A stretch of DNA of 64,000 bases from Candidatus Omnitrophota bacterium (GTDB lineage Bacteria; Omnitrophota; Gorgyraeia; JABMRN01; RBG-13-46-9): positions 36,821-100,820 of the forward strand of contig JADHYN010000003.1 in the NCBI GenBank assembly GCA_016782425.1, in the 5' to 3' direction. Positions 46,604 through 56,341 of this stretch are shown piece by piece; the stretch's first letter is position 1, and the number at the start of each line of letters is the position of its first letter. Below the pieces are notes generated by a model that was given only the letters and a program-made list of their open reading frames with translations, searched no databases and had not been told where the DNA came from. The translations under genes were made by a program, and so were the position numbers.

Positions 46604-47099
46604 CCTTGAGCCCTCCGTGTTTTTTGAAATACTCTACCATGCCGCCCTCTTCCAGAATTTTCTTAGCAAGAGACGGTATTGGCTTAAAAGCGATGTTCAG
46701 CCCTTTGGATTTATTTTTCAGGACATTTTTGTCCAAATCCAGTTCGAGCTCATTGCCGTCATCGATATAGTTTGTGTTGCACTCCAAAAGATATAAACCT
46801 AAATTCAAGGCGTTTCTATAAAAGATTCTCGCAAAGCCTTTTGCTACGACTGCCCGGATGCCGGTCGCTTTTAACGCCAAGGGGGCCTGTTCCCTCGATG
46901 AACCACAGCCGAAGTTTTCGCCGCTGACTAAAAAATCTCCCTTCTTGATACGCTCATAGAAGTTCTCTTCAATATCCTCGAAGGCATGCCTCGCCAGCTC
47001 GTGCGGGTCCTGTACCCTGAATTTATAACGACCGGAAATAATATAGTCGGTATTTATGTTGTCCTGTGCTTTTAAAAGGCGGTGTGCTATGTTTTTCAT
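46593..47099 (-). CDS. aconitase-family hydro-lyase small subunit (LeuD/HacB archaeal type)
   Basis: 168 aa with the swivel-domain motif [13 protein letters not shown]. Confidence 0.8.
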   Translation of the reverse strand: MKNIAHRLLKAQDNINTDYIISGRYKFRVQDPHELARHAFEDIEENFYERIKKGDFLVSGENFGCGSSREQAPLALKATGIRAVVAKGFARIFYRNALNLGLYLLECNTNYIDDGNELELDLDKNVLKNKSKGLNIAFKPIPSLAKKILEEGGMVEYFKKHGGLKVEA

Positions 47100-48364
47100 C
47101 GCTTTAGCCTCCTGGAAAAAGCGCGCGGATCCGAAATTTTTCCGCTTATCGCCGAAGCCGCAACGGTAGCCGGGCTTGCCAGGAATATATTTGCATTCGG
47201 ATTTCCCATCCTGCCCTTGAAATTTCTGTTTGCCGTCGAAACGGCATTTTCTCCGTCAGCCAGAACGCCGTTGTGGGTACCGACGCAGGGTCCGCATCCG
47301 GGTGATAATACCACACCCCCAGCCTCTACGAACGTGTCGATATACCCTTTTTTGACGGCGGAGAGAAAGACCCCTCTCGATGCCGGTCCTATAATAAGTT
47401 TTACGCCGGGATGGACCTTGTTATTCTTTAATATTTTTGCTGCTACCTCAAGATCCTCGAGTCTCCCATTAGTGCAGGTACCTATGAAGGCCTGGTCGAT
47501 ATGCTGCGCTTCCACCTCTTCTACGGAAACGACATTGTCCACCTCGTGCGGTATGGAAACCTGTGGAACGAGAGTCCCCACGTCGTATTCTTTTACGTCC
47601 TTGTATGTAGCATCCTCATCTGCCGTAACAGGATTAGGTTTTCTTTTTGAACGCTCCTTTACCCAGTTTAAGACCTTTTTGTCCGCTTCGAAGATTCCGC
47701 ATTTCGCACCCATCTCAACCGACATATTCGCCATTGTAAACCGGCTGCTGAGGCTCAAATGCGCAATGGTACCCCCATAAAATTCAAGCGCCATGTAATT
47801 TGCGCCCTTCGATGTTACGTCCTTTATTATGTGCAGGATGATATCTTTGGAATACACGCACGGTGGCAGCTTCCCATTTACAATTATCTTTATTGTCTCG
47901 GGCACCTTGAACCAGTTCTTACCACTGGCAATGGTTATGGCAAGATCGGTTGATCCGACACCGGTTGAGAATACGTTAAGCGCCCCGTAAGTCGAGGTGT
48001 GAGAATCAGCGCCCAGAATAAGGTCGCCGGATGTCATTACGCCATCCTCAACCATCAGCTGGTGGCATATCCCGCATCCTATATCGTGCAATCTGACTGA
48101 ATATTTTTTAGTAAAATCCCGCATTAATTTGTGAATGGTCGAAACACCGATGTTTGGGCTGGGAGCACTGTGATCTATGAACATAGAGAATTTCGTGCTG
48201 TCAAAGAGGCGGTCTACCCCGAGCTTCTTAAAGTTTTCGATTATCAAAGAACTCGTTCCGTCCTGACCGAAACAGAAATCGACCTGACAGATGGCAATTT
48301 CACCAGCCCTTAAGTGTTTATTGGCGTGGTTGCTTAATATCTTTTCAGCGATTGTCTGCTTCAT
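47096..48364 (-). CDS. aconitase-family hydro-lyase large subunit (LeuC/HacA archaeal type)
   Basis: 422 aa with DGTS and the Fe-S ligand regions IGTCTNGR and GCGPCVG. Confidence 0.8.
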   Translation of the reverse strand: MKQTIAEKILSNHANKHLRAGEIAICQVDFCFGQDGTSSLIIENFKKLGVDRLFDSTKFSMFIDHSAPSPNIGVSTIHKLMRDFTKKYSVRLHDIGCGICHQLMVEDGVMTSGDLILGADSHTSTYGALNVFSTGVGSTDLAITIASGKNWFKVPETIKIIVNGKLPPCVYSKDIILHIIKDVTSKGANYMALEFYGGTIAHLSLSSRFTMANMSVEMGAKCGIFEADKKVLNWVKERSKRKPNPVTADEDATYKDVKEYDVGTLVPQVSIPHEVDNVVSVEEVEAQHIDQAFIGTCTNGRLEDLEVAAKILKNNKVHPGVKLIIGPASRGVFLSAVKKGYIDTFVEAGGVVLSPGCGPCVGTHNGVLADGENAVSTANRNFKGRMGNPNANIFLASPATVAASAISGKISDPRAFSRRLKR

Positions 48365-49532
48365 TTTTCACAAGCCACTTTTCTATTCTGTCAAGCCCCA
48401 CTTTAATATTTTCCATGCTGGTCGCAAAGCTCAACCTTATGTGTGTGTCTGACCCGAACGCAATACCGGGTATACACGCAACATGCGCTTCTTCAAGCAG
48501 TCGCTCGGAAATGCTGATCGAATCGAGCTTGGTTCCCGATATGTTGCAGAAAAGGTAAAACGCACCTTTCGGCTTTACGCACGAGACACTTTTAAAAGAA
48601 TTTATTCTTCTGACCATGTAATCCCTGCGCGCGGCGAATTCCTTTTTTATGGTCGATACCATTTCCTGTTTGCCCCTTAAAGCTTCCAGCGCCGCGACCT
48701 GGCTTATGGAAGACGGATTTGATGTTGAGTGGCTCTGAAGCGCTGCAATGTTCTTCATGATTTCCGGGGGCCCCGCTGCGTAACCGATGCGCCAGCCGGT
48801 CATGGAATAGGTTTTGGAGACCCCGTTTACGGTCAAGGTCTGTCTTTCAATATCTTTATTTAATGAACCGATAGAAATGTGCTCCTCGCCGCCATATATG
48901 AGTTTTTCATATATTTCGTCACTTATGACAAAAATATTTTTCGACACCGCGATTTTTGCGATTTTTTCCAAAACCTCTCGTCCAAAAACGGCACCTGTCG
49001 GGTTTGCGGGGCTGTTTATTATCATGGCTTTTGTGCGTCGGGTAAGGCCCTCCTCGATCAATTTCGGGTCTACGACAAAACCGTCTTTTTCACTTGCCCC
49101 CACAACCCTAAACTGCGCTCCGCTGGTCCGCACCATTTCGGGATAGCTTACCCAGTAAGGCGAAACAATGAGAACCTCATCGGGCTTGTCGCACAAAACC
49201 TGGAAAATGTTATACAGGGCGTGTTTTGCGCCACAGGATATCACAATCTGTTCAGGCGAATATCGTAACGAATTATCCTTTTTCAACTTCTCCCGCACCG
49301 CATTTTTGAGCTCGATTGTTCCAGAAGATGGGGTATACTTTGTAAACCCCATCTTGATGGCCTCGATTGCCGCGTTTTTGATATTAACGGGCGTATCAAA
49401 ATCCGGCTCGCCTGCTGCGAAACTTATGACATCCAGGCCCTGTTTTTTCATGTTTTTGGCTTTGGATGTTATCGCAAGTGTCAGCGATGGTTTAAGTTGT
49501 GAAATCCTCTCCGAAAATTTTATAGGTTTCAT
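48345..49532 (-). CDS. aspC: aspartate/aromatic-type class I aminotransferase
   Basis: 395 aa with GEPDFDTP, NPTG, and the PLP-lysine region GVSKTYSMTGWR. Confidence 0.8.
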   Translation of the reverse strand: MKPIKFSERISQLKPSLTLAITSKAKNMKKQGLDVISFAAGEPDFDTPVNIKNAAIEAIKMGFTKYTPSSGTIELKNAVREKLKKDNSLRYSPEQIVISCGAKHALYNIFQVLCDKPDEVLIVSPYWVSYPEMVRTSGAQFRVVGASEKDGFVVDPKLIEEGLTRRTKAMIINSPANPTGAVFGREVLEKIAKIAVSKNIFVISDEIYEKLIYGGEEHISIGSLNKDIERQTLTVNGVSKTYSMTGWRIGYAAGPPEIMKNIAALQSHSTSNPSSISQVAALEALRGKQEMVSTIKKEFAARRDYMVRRINSFKSVSCVKPKGAFYLFCNISGTKLDSISISERLLEEAHVACIPGIAFGSDTHIRLSFATSMENIKVGLDRIEKWLVKNEADNR

Positions 49533-49541
49533 AATACGCTA

Positions 49542-49570
49542 ACTATAACATAATCTTAGTAGTAAAACAA
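49542..49570 (-). promoter_or_regulatory. putative promoter giving a near-leaderless aspC transcript
   Basis: On the minus strand: TTGTTT (49570..49565), 17 nt, then TATAGT (49547..49542). Only 9 nt separate it from the ATG at 49532, and there is no SD. Confidence 0.3.
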
Positions 49571-49589
49571 GGGAAAATTTTCGCTATAT

Positions 49590-49626
49590 AAAGAAAAACA
49601 ACCCCTGTCGTATTAACAGGGGTTGT
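49590..49626 (-). terminator. intrinsic terminator ending the ribosomal protein/rpoA operon
   Basis: On the minus strand, CAACCCCTGT-TAATACG-ACAGGGGTTG is followed by TTTTTCTTT, 39 nt after the rplQ stop. Confidence 0.7.
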
Positions 49627-49664
49627 TGGCGATATCGTCTTAGTGTTGTTTTAGAGGGGGTCTT

Positions 49665-50282
49665 TTACATGTTTGTTTTTCTGCGGAAAAAGCCCTTCAC
49701 TTTTTTCAAGAAGCCTTTCTGCTTTTCGATTTTCCTTACCTCGCGTTTGGCTTTTTCCTTTTTTACTTCCTCGCGCGTCTTTTCTTCCTTGGTTTTTGGT
49801 TCGATTTGCGGTGCTACGCTCGGGTGTTCCGCCTTTTCCTTTTTCGCCTCTTTTTTTACAGCTTTGGCCTTTTCGTCCCGCTCTTCCTTTTTTGCCCCCT
49901 TTACGGGTTTTGGTTTCTCCTCGGGTTTCTTCTCTGTAAGTTCGAGAAAAACAATGCTTGCGCCGTCACCTTTGCGGAAATTATACGGTATTATCCGCGT
50001 ATAGCCGCTTTTTCGATTTTTGAAGAGGGGCACGATATCTTTGAACAAGCTAGAAACAAGTGTCCTGTCGCCGAGAATGGCAAAGGCCTTTCGTCGCGCT
50101 TGAAGGGAGCCTTCCTTTGCGGTCGTAATAAGGCCTTCGATGACTTTTCTCGCCTCTTTCGCCTTCGTGTGAGTTGTTTTTATCCTTTGATGCAAAATAA
50201 CGCTTCGTGTTAATCCTTTGAGGGTCGCGGCATGGTGGCCTGGTTGTCGGCCGAACCTGGTTCGCTTTTTTCTGTGCCTCAT
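49665..50282 (-). CDS. rplQ: 50S ribosomal protein L17 with about 85-aa Lys/Glu-rich C-terminal extension
   Basis: 205 aa. The L17 core begins MRHRKKRTRFGRQPGHHAATLKGL. The tail is KKPEEKPKPVKGAKKEERDEKAKAVKKEAKKEK... Confidence 0.9.
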   Translation of the reverse strand: MRHRKKRTRFGRQPGHHAATLKGLTRSVILHQRIKTTHTKAKEARKVIEGLITTAKEGSLQARRKAFAILGDRTLVSSLFKDIVPLFKNRKSGYTRIIPYNFRKGDGASIVFLELTEKKPEEKPKPVKGAKKEERDEKAKAVKKEAKKEKAEHPSVAPQIEPKTKEEKTREEVKKEKAKREVRKIEKQKGFLKKVKGFFRRKTNM

Positions 50283-51262
50283 TTCTTTTTCTCTTTCTTC
50301 TCTACCTGCATGCCGAGGTGCAGACCCATTTCGCCTAAAATCTTATTGATTTCCGTCAGGGATTTTTTGCCGAAGTTTCGGTATTTCAACATTTCCATCT
50401 CAGTCTTCTTGACGAGTTCCCCTATCATTTTAATCTTGGCTTCCCTGAGGCAGTTTGAACTTCTTACGGAGAGCTCCAGTTCCGTTATAGGCATATTGAG
50501 CTTTTCCTCGAATTCTTTTACTTCTTTCGATTCTTCCTCTTCAGTTATTTCTTCAGGCAACTGCCCGAATTCAACGAAAATATCAAGGTGTCTTTGCAAT
50601 ATATTGGAGGCGTAAAGCATCGCCTCTTTGGGGTCGACGCTGCTGTTTGTTCGTATCTCCAAAATCAATTTGTCGAAATCGGTAATCTGCCCGACCCTGG
50701 TATTTTCTACGGTAAAGTTAACGCATTTAACGGGCGAAAAGATGGCGTCTACCGGTATTACCCCGATAGGCTGGTTTTCTTTTTTATTTCTTTCTGCCGG
50801 GACATAGCCCCTGCCGCGAGAGACTTCCAATTCCATTTCGAGCTTCGTCTTCTTTGTAAGTGTTGCTATGTGCTGCTTGGGGTTCAGGATTTCAACCGTT
50901 TCGTCAGTCTTAAAATCCTTGGCAGTGACATCACCCTTTCTGTCGACCTTGAGAAACATAGATTTGGGCGTTTTGAAATGGGATTTTAATATCAATTTTT
51001 TAATGTTCAGTATTATCTGTGGTACATCTTCGGCGATATTCTTGATCGCCGAAAACTCGTGCTGTACGCCGACGATTTTAACAGATGTTACGGCAGTTCC
51101 TTCGATCGACGAGATAAGCACCCTTCTCAGAGAATTTCCTATGGTTATACCATAACCGCGCTCGAAAGGCTCCGCTATAAACTTGCCGTATGTCGCGGTA
51201 AGCCTCGACTCGTCGCATACAAGCTTTTTCGGCATTTCAAAATTCCTGAGCTTAACCCCCAT
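50279..51262 (-). CDS. rpoA: DNA-directed RNA polymerase alpha subunit
   Basis: 327 aa with GNSLRRVLISSIEG and a C-terminal domain (ELELSVRSSNCL). Confidence 0.95.
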   Translation of the reverse strand: MGVKLRNFEMPKKLVCDESRLTATYGKFIAEPFERGYGITIGNSLRRVLISSIEGTAVTSVKIVGVQHEFSAIKNIAEDVPQIILNIKKLILKSHFKTPKSMFLKVDRKGDVTAKDFKTDETVEILNPKQHIATLTKKTKLEMELEVSRGRGYVPAERNKKENQPIGVIPVDAIFSPVKCVNFTVENTRVGQITDFDKLILEIRTNSSVDPKEAMLYASNILQRHLDIFVEFGQLPEEITEEEESKEVKEFEEKLNMPITELELSVRSSNCLREAKIKMIGELVKKTEMEMLKYRNFGKKSLTEINKILGEMGLHLGMQVEKKEKKK

Positions 51263-51290
51263 TTATTGTGCCTCCTTTAATGAGATCCAC

Positions 51291-51315
51291 CCCTTGACAT
51301 CTTCAATGTCAAGGG
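51291..51315 (-). other. 10-bp perfect hairpin in the rpsD-rpoA spacer
   Basis: CCCTTGACAT-cttca-ATGTCAAGGG. No U-tract follows it. It is closely similar to the terminator stem at 38737-38762. Confidence 0.6.
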
Positions 51316-51349
51316 TATCATCTTTGAATCTCTTTTTGAATGATCGAAT

Positions 51350-51976
51350 TTATTTCGAATACAATTCCACGATTAATTGTTCCTGAATCGAAAAATCCAG
51401 ATCCTCTTTTTTGGGTAGCGCCTTTACCGTACCCTTTATCGCAACTTTGTCCTCTTGCAGCCATTTTGCAACGGCCCTCTCTTTTAAATCCTTGCGGACT
51501 TCAATTATTCTTTTAAGCATGTCTTCCTTGCCACGTATTTCTATGGTGTCACCCTCTTTTACGGTGTACGATGGGACATTAACTTTTTTATTATTGACAT
51601 AAACATGGTTATGCAGGACGATTTGCCTTGCCTGTGGACGCGAATATGCGAAGCAAAACCTGAAAACAACGTTGTCGAGTCTTCTTTCCAGTATCTGAAG
51701 AAGTATTTCGCCCGTTACGCCTTTTGCCCTTTCGGCAGATATAAAATATTTTCTAAACTGGCGTTCGAGCACGCCGTAGATTCTTTTGGCCTTTTGTTTT
51801 TCGCGTAATTGCAAGCCGTAGTTTGATTCTTTCCTCCTGCGCTTTCCGTGCTGCCCGGGCGGAAAAGGCCTTTTCGCAACCGAGCACTTATCAGTGTTGC
51901 ATTTGGCGCCCTTCAGAAATAATTTTTCTCCGTATGCCCTGCACAGTTTACATTTCGCATCTGTCAGACGTGCCAT
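51350..51976 (-). CDS. rpsD: 30S ribosomal protein S4 (Cys-containing N-terminus)
   Basis: 208 aa beginning [31 protein letters not shown]. Confidence 0.95.
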   Translation of the reverse strand: MARLTDAKCKLCRAYGEKLFLKGAKCNTDKCSVAKRPFPPGQHGKRRRKESNYGLQLREKQKAKRIYGVLERQFRKYFISAERAKGVTGEILLQILERRLDNVVFRFCFAYSRPQARQIVLHNHVYVNNKKVNVPSYTVKEGDTIEIRGKEDMLKRIIEVRKDLKERAVAKWLQEDKVAIKGTVKALPKKEDLDFSIQEQLIVELYSK

Positions 51977-51991
51977 TTTTATATTCTCCTT

Positions 51992-52381
51992 TTAAACCCG
52001 TCTTCGCTTAGGTGGCCTGCACCCATTGTGCGGAATCGGTGTAACGTCTTTTATCGCCCTTATCGAGAGCCCCGCTGCCTGTAGGCTCCTGATCGCGCTT
52101 TCGCGGCCCGATCCAGGTCCCTTTACAAAAACTTCAAGTTCTTTTACCCCGCATTCCTTGGCCTTCTTGGCTGCGCTTTCTGCTGCTATTCCGGCGGCAA
52201 ACGGCGTCGATTTTTTGGAACCCTTGAAACCCACCGTGCCCGTCGACGACCAGCAAATCGTATCGCCTTTAGTATCCGTAATCGTGATAATCGTGTTGTT
52301 AAACGTTGCCAAGACATGGGCGATACCTTTTGGGATGTTCTTGGTAACCTTTTTTCTTGTTTTAATTTTTTTCTTTTGCAT
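51992..52381 (-). CDS. rpsK: 30S ribosomal protein S11
   Basis: 129 aa with [18 protein letters not shown]. Confidence 0.95.
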   Translation of the reverse strand: MQKKKIKTRKKVTKNIPKGIAHVLATFNNTIITITDTKGDTICWSSTGTVGFKGSKKSTPFAAGIAAESAAKKAKECGVKELEVFVKGPGSGRESAIRSLQAAGLSIRAIKDVTPIPHNGCRPPKRRRV

Positions 52382-52384
52382 TTT

Positions 52385-52789
52385 TTACTCTGTTGTTTCT
52401 TTTATTGTTGGTCTTACGGCTTTAGCCCTTACCACACCTACAGTTTTTCTCGGGCCCTTGCGAGTCCGAGCGTTTGTACGAGACCTCTGCCCTCGGACCG
52501 GCAGGCTTCGTCGGTGCCTGAGTCCTCGATAAGTTCCTGCATCCATTAGTCGTTTTATGTTAGCTGTTCGCGCACGCCTCAAATCGCCCTCGACACTGCA
52601 GTCCTTCTGTATAACAGAAGTTATGCGCGAGACTTCTTCCTCGGACAGATTCTTTGCGCGTGTATCGGTATTAACGCTTGCTGATTTCAAGATTTTATTC
52701 GACATGGAACGACCGATACCGTGAATGTAAGTTAGGGCTATCTCTATGCGTTTTTCCTTCGGTATATCGACACCTATAATTCTCGGCAT
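52385..52789 (-). CDS. rpsM: 30S ribosomal protein S13
   Basis: 134 aa beginning [26 protein letters not shown]. Confidence 0.95.
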   Translation of the reverse strand: MPRIIGVDIPKEKRIEIALTYIHGIGRSMSNKILKSASVNTDTRAKNLSEEEVSRITSVIQKDCSVEGDLRRARTANIKRLMDAGTYRGLRHRRSLPVRGQRSRTNARTRKGPRKTVGVVRAKAVRPTIKETTE

Positions 52790-52802
52790 ATAATCCTTCT
52801 CC

Positions 52803-52916
52803 CTATCCCTGTCTCTGCTTGTGCTTCGGATCCCTGCATATAACCCTCAAAACACCTTTTCTGCGGATAATCTTGCATTTGGAACAAATTTTTTTTACAC
52901 TTGAACGTACTTTCAT
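52803..52916 (-). CDS. rpmJ: 50S ribosomal protein L36 (zinc-binding type)
   Basis: Absent from the ORF track. Manual translation gives [37 protein letters not shown] (37 aa), in the expected infA-rpsM position. Confidence 0.9.
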   Translation of the reverse strand: MKVRSSVKKICSKCKIIRRKGVLRVICRDPKHKQRQG

Positions 52917-52927
52917 CCTGTTACATC

Positions 52928-53149
52928 CTACTTTCCCCTGCGAATAATTCTGCCCCTGGTAAGGTCATACGGGGAAAGTTCAACCGTTACCGAGTCCCCA
53001 GGCAGAATCCTGATAAAATGCATGCGCATTTTTCCTGAAACATGAGCCAGCACCTTATGCCCGTTTTCCAACTCAATTCTGAACATAGCATTTGGCAGCG
53101 TTTCCAAGACCTTGCCCTCTACAACAATTCCTTCTTCTTTGGGACTCAT
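52928..53149 (-). CDS. infA: translation initiation factor IF-1
   Basis: 73 aa with the S1-like fold ([20 protein letters not shown]). Confidence 0.95.
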   Translation of the reverse strand: MSPKEEGIVVEGKVLETLPNAMFRIELENGHKVLAHVSGKMRMHFIRILPGDSVTVELSPYDLTRGRIIRRGK

Positions 53150-53889
53150 GTTACTATCTCTACCCTTCCGCCAGCTATTACAACCGTATGTTCAAAATGT
53201 GCCGAAAGCTCGCCGTCGGTTGTTACTGCGGTCCAGCCGTCGTCTAATATTTTAACGGCGCTTGTGCCCGCGTTAACCATCGGTTCGATGGCTAAAGCCA
53301 TTCCAGCCTCAAGAACTTTTCCCTTGTGGGGTTCTCCGAAATTCGGCACTTCCGGCTCTTCGTGAATTTTCCTGCCTATTCCATGGCCAACGAACGCGCG
53401 CACAACGTTAAAACCATTAGATTCTACAAATGATTGCACTGCCCAGGATATATCCTGAACATGATTGCCCGCTCTTGCCATCTCAATTCCTTTAGAAAGA
53501 GCCCCCTCTGCTACAGAAACCAATCGCCTGGCCTCGCCGGAGATTTCTCCCACCGCGAAGGTTTTAGCCGCATCGGCAAAATAGCCTTTGTATTCCACGC
53601 CTATGTCAATGCTTATAATATCCCCGTTTTTCAGGATTTCTTTTTCACTTGGTATGCCGTGCACCACGACATTGTTTCGTGATGTGCATATACTGGCGGG
53701 AAATCCTTTATATCCGTGGAAGGCTAGACATGCATCCCGTGATGTAATAAAATCATCCGCTGCAACTTCCAGTTCTTTTGTGCTCGTACCTTCGGTTGTG
53801 CGCTTGGATAAAATTTCCATACATTCCCTTAGTACGGCGCCGGCTTTCCTGATATTATCGAGCTCGTTCTTATTTAAAAGAGGGATCAC
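53146..53889 (-). CDS. map: type I methionine aminopeptidase
   Basis: 247 aa with VVHGIP, DIGV..GY..D, GHGIG and EP. Confidence 0.95.
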   Translation of the reverse strand: MIPLLNKNELDNIRKAGAVLRECMEILSKRTTEGTSTKELEVAADDFITSRDACLAFHGYKGFPASICTSRNNVVVHGIPSEKEILKNGDIISIDIGVEYKGYFADAAKTFAVGEISGEARRLVSVAEGALSKGIEMARAGNHVQDISWAVQSFVESNGFNVVRAFVGHGIGRKIHEEPEVPNFGEPHKGKVLEAGMALAIEPMVNAGTSAVKILDDGWTAVTTDGELSAHFEHTVVIAGGRVEIVT

Positions 53890-54542
53890 TTCAATCCTTC
53901 TTTCTGCAAAAGTACCTTGATTACTTCAAACAAATTATCCACGTCCAGATCGCCGGAAACCTCTTGCAGGATGTCCTTTTCTTTATAATAACCGATCAGG
54001 GACTCGGTCTCTTTTTCGTAAACAACTAGTCGGTTTTTAACGGTTTTTTCCTTATCGTCGTTACGCTGTATGAGCTTGCCGCCACAGTAATCGCAAATCC
54101 CGCTTTTTTTTGGCGGCATATTCTTAACATGGAAATTAGCCCGGCATGCTTGACAAACGCGCCTTCCGGAAAGCCGCGCGATCGAAACTTCAGAAGACGT
54201 CTTAAAATACAAAACCATTTCAACTTTTTTGCCGACCCTCGCTAGGGATTCATCAAGCTGGTTGGCCTGCCTTTCGTTTCTCGGAAACCCGTCCAGCAAA
54301 AAACCTTTTTTTGCGTCTTCTTGCGAGATTCGTTCGATTACGATATCAATTACAATATCATCCGGCACAAGCTCTCCCTTGTCCATGTAGGTTTTTGCAC
54401 GCCTGCCTACTTCTTTGCCTTCTTTGAGGGCTTCTCTTAGCATGTCACCCGTTGAAACGTGTAGGAACTTGAATTCCCGTGAAAGAACTTTTGCCTGCGT
54501 TCCCTTGCCGGCTCCGGGTGGTCCGAGTAAAACTAAGTTCAA
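53886..54542 (-). CDS. adk: adenylate kinase (zinc-lid type)
   Basis: 218 aa with GPPGAGKGTQ and lid cysteines CQAC...CDYCGG. Confidence 0.95.
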   Translation of the reverse strand: MNLVLLGPPGAGKGTQAKVLSREFKFLHVSTGDMLREALKEGKEVGRRAKTYMDKGELVPDDIVIDIVIERISQEDAKKGFLLDGFPRNERQANQLDESLARVGKKVEMVLYFKTSSEVSIARLSGRRVCQACRANFHVKNMPPKKSGICDYCGGKLIQRNDDKEKTVKNRLVVYEKETESLIGYYKEKDILQEVSGDLDVDNLFEVIKVLLQKEGLK

Positions 54543-54546
54543 ATCC

Positions 54547-55893
54547 TCATCTCCTGCCCTTGACGCGACCCTTTTTCATGAATCCTTCATAGTGTCGTAC
54601 GAGAAGATGGGATTCGATCTGTCTCATTGTATCCAGCATAACTCCAACTATAATGAGAAGCCCCGTGCCGCCGAAAAAGCTTGCAACCAGATACGGTATT
54701 TTTAAAGCCCTTGATATAATGCTCGGCAAAACCGCGATGATAGCTAAAAATACCGCGCCCGGTAACGTAATGCGTGTCATAATAAAATCTAAATATTCCG
54801 CTGTCTGCCGTCCTGGCCGTATGCCGGGAACGAACCCGCCGAACCTTTTCATGTTGTTCGAAATGTCGATAGGGTTAAATGTGATCGCAGTATAGAAATA
54901 ACAGAAAAATACAATCAGCAATCCAAAAATAATGTTATATACAAATGTCTGCCTTGTAAGCATTGTAGCGATATTTTGCACGGCCTGGCTCGGTATGAGC
55001 CCGGCAATGGTAGCGGGAAAGAGAATGATACTTTGCGCAAAAATGATCGGAATAACACCCGCTTGATTGACGCGAAGAGGTATATAGGTACTCTGACCGC
55101 CGTAAATTTTTCTGCCGACCACCCTCTTTGCGTATTGAATTGGTATTTTTCGCTGTCCCTGCGTGATGGCTACTACCGCCACGATAACCGCTATAAGCAT
55201 TCCTGCCATGAGGACAAGCGTAAACGGATCGATTTGAGCTTTGCCGGGAGCACCGAAGCTTACAAGCTGCACGAGCTGCCCTATGGCCGCCGGCATGCGG
55301 GATATGATTCCGGCTGTAATTATAAGCGATATGCCGTTACCTATACCGTATTCCTGAATCTGCTCACCCAGCCACATTATAAAAGCAGTGCCACTTGTCA
55401 GCGTAATTACAGTCAGGATTCGGAAATACCACCCCGGGAACTGGACAATCTGCATCCCCTGGAATCTAGCCGGATTTTCCAGCCACAGCGCTATAAAGAA
55501 GGACTGTATTATTGCCAAAACCACGGTGCCGTATCGCGTATATTGGATAATCTTCTTGCGCCCCTCTTCTCCCTCTTTCGATAATCTTTCTAATGCAGGT
55601 ATAACAGCGGTAAGAAGCTGCAGTATGATCGAGGCGGATATATAGGGCATGATCCCGAGCGCAAATATGGTGAGCCTCTTAATCGCACCTCCCGAAAACA
55701 TGTTTATCATGCCGAAGAGCGTTCCGCCCTGCGTTCTGGCAATATTGTCAAAGAACTGAGCGAGCTTCCCACCGTCAATTCCGGGCGTAGGTATAAAAGC
55801 CCCTATCCTGAAAACAGCAATTAAAGCAGCTGTTATCAGTATTTTTCTTTTCAAATCCGGAACTTTAAATAAATTCGCAAATGTCCCTATCAT
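54547..55893 (-). CDS. secY: preprotein translocase subunit SecY
   Basis: 448 aa, 10-TM SecY pattern. Confidence 0.95.
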   Translation of the reverse strand: MIGTFANLFKVPDLKRKILITAALIAVFRIGAFIPTPGIDGGKLAQFFDNIARTQGGTLFGMINMFSGGAIKRLTIFALGIMPYISASIILQLLTAVIPALERLSKEGEEGRKKIIQYTRYGTVVLAIIQSFFIALWLENPARFQGMQIVQFPGWYFRILTVITLTSGTAFIMWLGEQIQEYGIGNGISLIITAGIISRMPAAIGQLVQLVSFGAPGKAQIDPFTLVLMAGMLIAVIVAVVAITQGQRKIPIQYAKRVVGRKIYGGQSTYIPLRVNQAGVIPIIFAQSIILFPATIAGLIPSQAVQNIATMLTRQTFVYNIIFGLLIVFFCYFYTAITFNPIDISNNMKRFGGFVPGIRPGRQTAEYLDFIMTRITLPGAVFLAIIAVLPSIISRALKIPYLVASFFGGTGLLIIVGVMLDTMRQIESHLLVRHYEGFMKKGRVKGRR

Positions 55894-56336
55894 TTTTTTG
55901 CTATGCCGATTTTCCCGCCGGCATCCGTGATTTTCTTCTTTGCGCTCTTAGAAAAAGCATCAGCCATAATGCTTAAAGACTTCGAAAGCTTGCCGTCGCC
56001 GAGAATTTTTACGAGGGCATCCGTCCTTTTTATAAGACGGGCTTCTTTCATGGCTTTTTTGTCGACCGAAGAATCCTTTTTGAAGCAATTCAGATTCTCA
56101 ACATTTATAATCTGATACACTTTCTTTTTTATGTGTGTAAAACCTACTTTGGGCAGGCGCCTTATTAGGGGCATCTGACCGCCTTCAAATCCGAGTCTAC
56201 GCGTTGCACCCGAACGCGCCTTGGCACCTTTGTGGCCGCGACCCGCGGTTTTTCCCCAACCGGAACCGGCGCCCCTGCCTACTCTTTTCGGCGCCTTACT
56301 TGCCCCTTTTGGTTTGCGTATGTTTTCGATTTTCAT
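55890..56336 (-). CDS. rplO: 50S ribosomal protein L15
   Basis: I set the start at ATG 56336 (MKIENIRKPKGASKAPKRVGRGAGSGWGKTAGRGHKG). The track ORF extension to 56471 runs into rpsE and is rejected. Confidence 0.9.
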   Translation of the reverse strand: MKIENIRKPKGASKAPKRVGRGAGSGWGKTAGRGHKGAKARSGATRRLGFEGGQMPLIRRLPKVGFTHIKKKVYQIINVENLNCFKKDSSVDKKAMKEARLIKRTDALVKILGDGKLSKSLSIMADAFSKSAKKKITDAGGKIGIAKK

Positions 56337-56341
56337 GTTTT

